Of a stretch of 64,000 nt of DNA, positions 62,958-64,000 are shown piece by piece. The DNA is from Oxalobacteraceae bacterium. Lineage in GTDB: Bacteria > Pseudomonadota > Gammaproteobacteria > Burkholderiales > Burkholderiaceae_D. The stretch lies in the NCBI GenBank assembly GCA_021298975.1, contig JAJTGC010000005.1:3340-67339 (forward strand), written 5' to 3'. The translations under genes and the position numbers were made by a program. Position 1 is the first letter of the stretch; every line of letters starts with the position of its first letter. Below the pieces are notes generated by a model. That model was given only the letters and a program-made list of their open reading frames with translations. It was not told the DNA's origin and searched no databases.

Positions 62958-64000
62958 ATGGACAGTCTGCTTATTCGCGATATCCGCGCTCGCGCCATCG
63001 TGGCGCCGCTCGCTCGCCCGGTCAGAACAGCCTCTGGATCGGTGGATGTATCACCGCTGATTCTGATTGATGTGCTGACCGAGCAGGGCGTCACCGGCAG
63101 CGCTTATTTGTTTGGTTATACGCCCGTCACATTGCGGCCGTTGTTGTCCTTGATTGATGAGATCAAGCCGGATCTGACAGGAAAAACCGTGGCGCCAGTG
63201 GCGCGCATGCAGCAACTCGAGCAGCGCTATCGCCTGCTCGGCATGCAGGGCTTGCTGGGCATGGTGGCTTCGACGCTGGATATGGCGTACTGGGATGCAC
63301 TCGGTAAATCGGTCAACCAGCCAGTGGTCGCTTTGTTGGGTGGTGAGGCCAAACCGGTGTGGGCCTACGACAGCTACGGCATGGTGGATCCTGTGCATGA
63401 TGCGAAAGCGATCGAGCACTCGATGGCGCAGGGTTTTCGCGCCATCAAGATCAAGCTTGGCGATCCGGATGTGCAGCGCGATATTCATGTGACGCGTGAA
63501 ATTCGTCAAATGATCGGGCCAAAGACAGCGCTGATGGTGGATTTCAATCAGAGTCTGCAGCCGACTGAAGCCATTCGACGCATTCGCTTGCTTGAGCCGT
63601 TTGATCTGCACTGGGTGGAAGAGCCAGTGGCCGCAGAAGATCTGCAAGGCCATGCGCTGGTCAGAGCGTCGGTCGATGCGAACATACAGACCGGTGAAAA
63701 CTGGTGGTTTCCGCGTGACGCCGAGCGCGCTATCAGTGCCGGCGCCTGCGACATGATGATGCCAGACCTGATGAAGATCGGCGGTATTACCGGGTGGCTG
63801 TCCGTGATGGGTATGGCGCGCGCGGCATCAATGCCGGTATCGAGTCATTTATTCATCGAGGCTAGTGCGCATGTGCTGGCAGTGACGCCCACTTGTCACT
63901 GGCTGGAGTTCATGGATTTTGGTTCGCCAGCGCTGGCGCAGCCCTACCAGATCATTGATGGTCAGGTGACCGCGCGTGGTCCTGGGCTGGGCATGGCATG
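62958..64000 (+). CDS. Mandelate racemase/enolase-superfamily protein (runs off the window end; not in the ORF track)
   Basis: Manual translation MDSLLIRDIRARAIVAPLARPVRTASG...AYDSYG...KIK...MVDFNQ...WVEEP...GENW...MPDLMKIGG...SSHLF...WLE. Confidence 0.9.
   Translation, partial: MDSLLIRDIRARAIVAPLARPVRTASGSVDVSPLILIDVLTEQGVTGSAYLFGYTPVTLRPLLSLIDEIKPDLTGKTVAPVARMQQLEQRYRLLGMQGLLGMVASTLDMAYWDALGKSVNQPVVALLGGEAKPVWAYDSYGMVDPVHDAKAIEHSMAQGFRAIKIKLGDPDVQRDIHVTREIRQMIGPKTALMVDFNQSLQPTEAIRRIRLLEPFDLHWVEEPVAAEDLQGHALVRASVDANIQTGENWWFPRDAERAISAGACDMMMPDLMKIGGITGWLSVMGMARAASMPVSSHLFIEASAHVLAVTPTCHWLEFMDFGSPALAQPYQIIDGQVTARGPGLGMA

Overview
Chromosomal window from a Betaproteobacterium. Gene content and order suggest Burkholderiales, probably Oxalobacteraceae-like (inference). 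The left half is mostly conserved housekeeping genes: tkt-gap, glnE, yhdP-nitrilase-tldD-aroG, yajQ, murB, ppnP-argG-argF, rsgA-phhB-M48 peptidase, orn and srkA. These are interrupted by a lipoprotein pair, a lone ABC exporter, REP-type palindromes and an AT-rich orphan gene. The middle is a microoxic cluster with FNR boxes: two USP genes, a Pat-like acetyltransferase, the cbb3 oxidase genes ccoISNOQPGH and fnr. A ~4.5 kb AT-rich decayed island splits this cluster; it carries an IS4 remnant, a two-component pair, a bactofilin, a RodZ-like HTH gene and a DUF6641 remnant. The right part holds pobA/pobR, pcaR and pcaIJFHGBDC, then panE, a cupin, a divergent pair of exported carbonic-anhydrase-like genes (beta-type with a Tat signal; iota-type with a long low-complexity linker), an AhpD/CMD protein and a mandelate-racemase-family gene cut by the window edge. 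The most notable observations are: an unannotated Phe/Tyr-rich leader-peptide attenuator upstream of aroG; the back-to-back beta/iota carbonic anhydrase module; five clean internal deletions (pat, ccoI, pcaH, pcaG, pcaC) that are either real genome erosion or assembly artefacts; and an AT-rich orphan behind a PIP/hrpII-like box. No rRNA, tRNA or CRISPR array was recognised. Family calls come from motif recognition by eye, not from database searches.
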